Assembly: GCA_963704725.1 (NCBI GenBank)
Contig: OY969934.1
Coordinates: 1,056,001 to 1,120,000 of the forward strand
Direction of reading: 5' to 3'
Source of the DNA: an uncultured Actinomycetes bacterium
GTDB lineage: Bacteria > Actinomycetota > UBA4738 > HRBIN12
DNA length: 64,000 nt
Positions 60,698-64,000 of the stretch are shown here, in pieces. The notes beneath the pieces were generated by a model, which was not told the DNA's origin, ran no database searches, and saw nothing but the letters and a program-made list of their open reading frames with translations. The translations under genes were made by a program, and so were the position numbers. Positions within the stretch are counted from its first letter, which is position 1. Each line of letters opens with the position of its first letter.

Positions 60698-61942
60698 TCA
60701 CTTCGCGCCGGTGGAGAACCGGTAGATCGTCGTCGAGTTGTACGTGGAGCCGGGGCCGAGCACCGTGGTCGGGAAGCTCGGCTGGTTGGGCGAGTCCGGG
60801 TAGTGCTGGGTCTCGAGCGCGAACCCGTCGCTCTGACGGTAGGTGTGTCCGCCCGTCCCGACGAGGGTCCCGTTCAGGAAGTTGCCCGAGTAGAACTGGA
60901 TGCCGGGCTCGGTGGTGGAGATGTCGAGGATCCGGTGGCTGCTGGGCTCCCAGACGTGCGCCGCCAGGATGAGCGACGTGTCGTCGGGGCTGGGCCGGTC
61001 CAGGACGAAGTTGTGGTCGTAGCCCTGCCCGATCAGGAGCTGCGGGTCGGCGTCGCGGATGCGCGCGCCGATCGGCATCGGCTCCGTGAAGTCGAACGGC
61101 GTCCCCGCCACCGGATCGATGGAGCCCGTCGGGATGAGCGTCGGGTCGACCGGCGTGTACGACGGGGCGTTCAGCGTGAGGACGTGGTCGTAGATCGTCC
61201 CGGTGCCCTCACCCTTCAGGTTCCAGTAGGCGTGGTTCGTGAGGTTGACGATCGTCGACAGGTCGGTCGACTCGTTCGTTGCGGCGTAGTCGATCCGGAG
61301 CTCGTTGGCGTTCGTGAGGGTGTAGGTCACGTCGACGGAGAGCTCCGCCGGGTACCCCTCCTCGCCGTCGGGGCTCGTGTAGTGGAGCATCAGCCCGACG
61401 CTGGTGGCGGTGGCCGGGACGACCGTGGCCTCCCACACCTTGTTGTCGAACCCGTCGATCCCTCCATGCAGCGAGTTGGGAGGGTTGTTGATCGGGAGCT
61501 GGTATGTCGTGCCGTTCAGCGTGAACTGACCGTTCGCGATCCGGTTCCCGTAGCGCCCGATGATCGGGCCGAAGTAGGGGCCACCGGCCGGGAAGGGGCT
61601 GTTCAGGTTGACGTAGTCGTCGAGCGTGGCGAACCCGAGCGTGACGTTGGCGAGGCGCCCGCTCTTGTCCGGCACCTGGAGGGACTGGATGATCCCGCCG
61701 TACGTGAGGATCCTGACCTCCATGCGGTTGGCGTTCGCCATCGTGAAGATGTCGACGTCCTGCCCGTCGACGGAGCCGAAGGGCGCCTGCGTGATCGTGG
61801 GCGGCGCCTTGGCTCTGGCGAGGGCGCTCGGTTGGGCCGCGGTGGACACGCCGACGGATCCGAGCATGGTCACGCCGGCGGCGAGGGTGATCGCGCCGGC
61901 GAGCGCCACGGCTCGGCCGCGGAGCCGGGAGAAGCTGTGCAT
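60698..61942 (-). CDS. galM: Aldose 1-epimerase with N-terminal signal peptide
   Basis: GRYGNRI, LHGG, NLTNHAYWNL, GYDHN, ALETQHYPDSPN. Confidence 0.92.
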   Translation of the reverse strand: MHSFSRLRGRAVALAGAITLAAGVTMLGSVGVSTAAQPSALARAKAPPTITQAPFGSVDGQDVDIFTMANANRMEVRILTYGGIIQSLQVPDKSGRLANVTLGFATLDDYVNLNSPFPAGGPYFGPIIGRYGNRIANGQFTLNGTTYQLPINNPPNSLHGGIDGFDNKVWEATVVPATATSVGLMLHYTSPDGEEGYPAELSVDVTYTLTNANELRIDYAATNESTDLSTIVNLTNHAYWNLKGEGTGTIYDHVLTLNAPSYTPVDPTLIPTGSIDPVAGTPFDFTEPMPIGARIRDADPQLLIGQGYDHNFVLDRPSPDDTSLILAAHVWEPSSHRILDISTTEPGIQFYSGNFLNGTLVGTGGHTYRQSDGFALETQHYPDSPNQPSFPTTVLGPGSTYNSTTIYRFSTGAK

Positions 61943-62091
61943 GGGCACCTCCCTGGGGTAGGTCGCGGGCAGTCTCGACGTCCTGGTGTCGCCGGGTCTC
62001 GCCGTGGGTGGAGGAGCCCTCGCTCCCGCCCGTTGGCGCGGTCGCTGGTTCATGCGTGCCTCATCAGGTCATGCCGCCAGGACGTCGCTGC

Positions 62092-62179
62092 TGAATACGT
62101 TTACCCAAGAACGTTGAGCCGAAAACGTTTGCGCACGCGGTGAGACCCGCGGCCGGGCGCGTGGCTGCGAACGTATGCA
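62092..62179. promoter_or_regulatory. LacI-type operators between galM and lacI
   Basis: TGAATACGTTTACC, CGAAAACGTTTGCG and TGCGAACGTATGCA with central CG. Confidence 0.6.
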
Positions 62180-62223
62180 GTACATGGTATGCTGCCATCG
62201 GCGCACGGGAGGTGGGCTCGCCG

Positions 62224-63318
62224 TTGGCTGACGCGACTCGTCCAGGCACCACCCCGAAGGGCTCGAGCGACAAGGACCCGAAGGCGCGCCGGGGCGGGCC
62301 CGTGACCATGCGGGACGTCGCTCGGGCAACGGGACTTTCGCAGAGCACCGTATCCCGCGTCCTCAACCGAACCCCTACGGTCGTGCCGATCGCCGAGGCG
62401 ACGCGGGAACGGGTGCTCGAGACGGCGAAGCAGCTCGGGTACCGGCCGAACCCACTCGCCCGGGGGCTCCGTGGTCAGAGCACGATGCTGCTCGGCGTCA
62501 TCGTCCGTGACATCACCGACCTGTTCTTCGCCGGAGCCGTCGACGCCGTCTCGGCCGAGGCCAGCCGGCGCGGCTACAACGTGGTGCTGGGCCACGCGCA
62601 CGCCCGGGCCGACGAGGCGATAGCGCTCTGGGGGGTCCTCGAGGCGCGCCACTGCGACGCGATCCTGCTGCTCGGGGACATGCGCGATCAGCCGCGGCTG
62701 ATCGAGGACCTCGCCGGCGCCCGCCTGCCAGTCGTCGCCCTGTGGCAGGGCTCGCGCCCGGCGGACATCGCCTCCGTGAGCGTGGACAACGCGAGCGGGA
62801 TGCGGAGCATGCTCGACCACCTCACCGGGCTCGGCCACCGCAGGATCGCGTTCCTCGGCGGGCGCCAGCTCGGCGACATCAAGGAGCGCGAGGAGGCGTA
62901 CCTCGAGTACCTGGCCGCGATGGACGAGCCCGTCCGCGACGGGTATGTCCAGCACGGACCGAACGACTTCGCCGGCGGCGTGGCGGCGCTGGGCCGCCTC
63001 GTCGAGCTCCCCGAACCCCCCACGGCGGTGGCCGCTTCGACGGACGTCCTCGCGATCGGGGCCCTGCACGGCGCCCACCAGCGGGGGCTGCGCGTCCCCG
63101 ACGATCTGTCGATCTCCGGGTTCGACGACATCCCCGTCGCGGCGTTCAGCGTCCCGTCGCTGACGACGATGGCCATGCCGGTTCGCGAGATGGTCGAACG
63201 CGCCGTGGGGATGGTGCTCGACGACGGAGGGCTCGACGTTCGCAAGCCGCCGCCGGTGCTCCAGCCGTCGCTCGTCGTGCGGTCCTCGACGGCCCGGGCG
63301 CCCGGGCGCATCGACTGA
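62224..63318 (+). CDS. LacI-family transcriptional regulator
   Basis: TMRDVA...STVSRVLN, LGYRPN..ARGL, GFDD; TTG start after GGGAGG inferred. Confidence 0.93.
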   Translation: MADATRPGTTPKGSSDKDPKARRGGPVTMRDVARATGLSQSTVSRVLNRTPTVVPIAEATRERVLETAKQLGYRPNPLARGLRGQSTMLLGVIVRDITDLFFAGAVDAVSAEASRRGYNVVLGHAHARADEAIALWGVLEARHCDAILLLGDMRDQPRLIEDLAGARLPVVALWQGSRPADIASVSVDNASGMRSMLDHLTGLGHRRIAFLGGRQLGDIKEREEAYLEYLAAMDEPVRDGYVQHGPNDFAGGVAALGRLVELPEPPTAVAASTDVLAIGALHGAHQRGLRVPDDLSISGFDDIPVAAFSVPSLTTMAMPVREMVERAVGMVLDDGGLDVRKPPPVLQPSLVVRSSTARAPGRID

Positions 63319-63360
63319 TCGGCGTCACGCCGACGCACATCGGAAGGGAGGCAGGTCCAC

Positions 63361-64000
63361 ATGTCGAACAAGTACGCGGTGGGGGTCGACTTCGGCACCG
63401 AGTCGGGGCGCGCCGTCCTGGTGGACGTCTCCACGGGCGAGGAGCTGGCGACGGCGGTGTACGCATACGCGAACGGCGTCATCGACGAGCACCTGCCGGC
63501 CCCCGACGACGACGTCCGCCTCGAGCCCGACTGGGCGCTGCAGGACCCGGAGGACTACCTCGACACGTTCCGGTTCACGGTGCCGTCGGTCCTGGCGACG
63601 TCGGGCATCGACCCGGCGGACGTGGTGGGGATCGGCATCGACTTCACCGCGTGCACGATGCTCCCGACGACCGCCGACGGAACGCCGCTGTGCGCGCTCC
63701 CCGAGCACCGCCGGCGCCCGCACGCGTGGGTGAAGCTATGGAAGCACCATGCGGCGCAGCCGGAGGCGGATCGCATCAACGCGATCGCCCGTGAGCGGGC
63801 CGAGGGCTGGCTGCCGCGGTACGGGGGGAAGATCTCCTCGGAGTGGTTCTACTCCAAGGCGCTGCAGATCCTGGACGAGGCGCCCGACCTCTACGGAGCC
63901 GCGGACCGGCTCATCGAGGCCGCCGACTGGGTGGTCTGGCGGCTGACCGGCGTCGAGACCCGAAACAGCTGCACCGCAGGCTACAAGGCCATCTGGTCCA
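63361..64000 (+). CDS. araB: Ribulokinase (partial, runs off the window)
   Basis: [37 protein letters not shown]. Confidence 0.9.
   Translation, partial: MSNKYAVGVDFGTESGRAVLVDVSTGEELATAVYAYANGVIDEHLPAPDDDVRLEPDWALQDPEDYLDTFRFTVPSVLATSGIDPADVVGIGIDFTACTMLPTTADGTPLCALPEHRRRPHAWVKLWKHHAAQPEADRINAIARERAEGWLPRYGGKISSEWFYSKALQILDEAPDLYGAADRLIEAADWVVWRLTGVETRNSCTAGYKAIWS

Noticed and set aside
60698-61942. Signal peptide on GalM
   Set aside because: Exported mutarotases are already known; not novel.

Overview
GC-rich actinobacterial-type chromosomal window; a deep-branching lineage is my inference from gene content. Most of it is conserved housekeeping order: pmt-rsmI-metG-tatD-rpfB-like-rsmA-ispE-tRNA-Gln-glmU-prs-rplY-pth-mfd-mazG-eno-divIC-S1-DUF501/ppx-tRNA-Leu, plus glycolate-oxidase-like genes, a sugar ABC operon and a galM-lacI-araB locus. 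Two regions stand out. (1) Between pth and mfd are two unannotated 29- and 27-aa signal-peptide-like ORFs ending AAGA-KWKAN and AVSA-GWKAW. They are followed by a perfect 28-bp palindrome, a DUF5317-like membrane protein with signal-peptidase-II-like Asp motifs, and a multi-TM GGDEF-EAL protein. This is a candidate peptide-signal/c-di-GMP system. (2) A ~10.75-kb phage-satellite-like element is integrated by a large serine recombinase into a PLP-dependent aminotransferase gene (core TACGAG at 2190-2195 and 12937-12942). It carries its own ~390-bp copy of the gene's promoter and 5' end. That copy is one base out of frame with the host 3' half, but would be in frame with the integrase in the excised circle. 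Other points are a two-state RNA switch before the rpfB-like/rsmA/ispE operon, a degenerate Doc toxin, HEPN-type cargo and several operator or iteron arrays. All family calls are by eye from motifs; no database searches were run.
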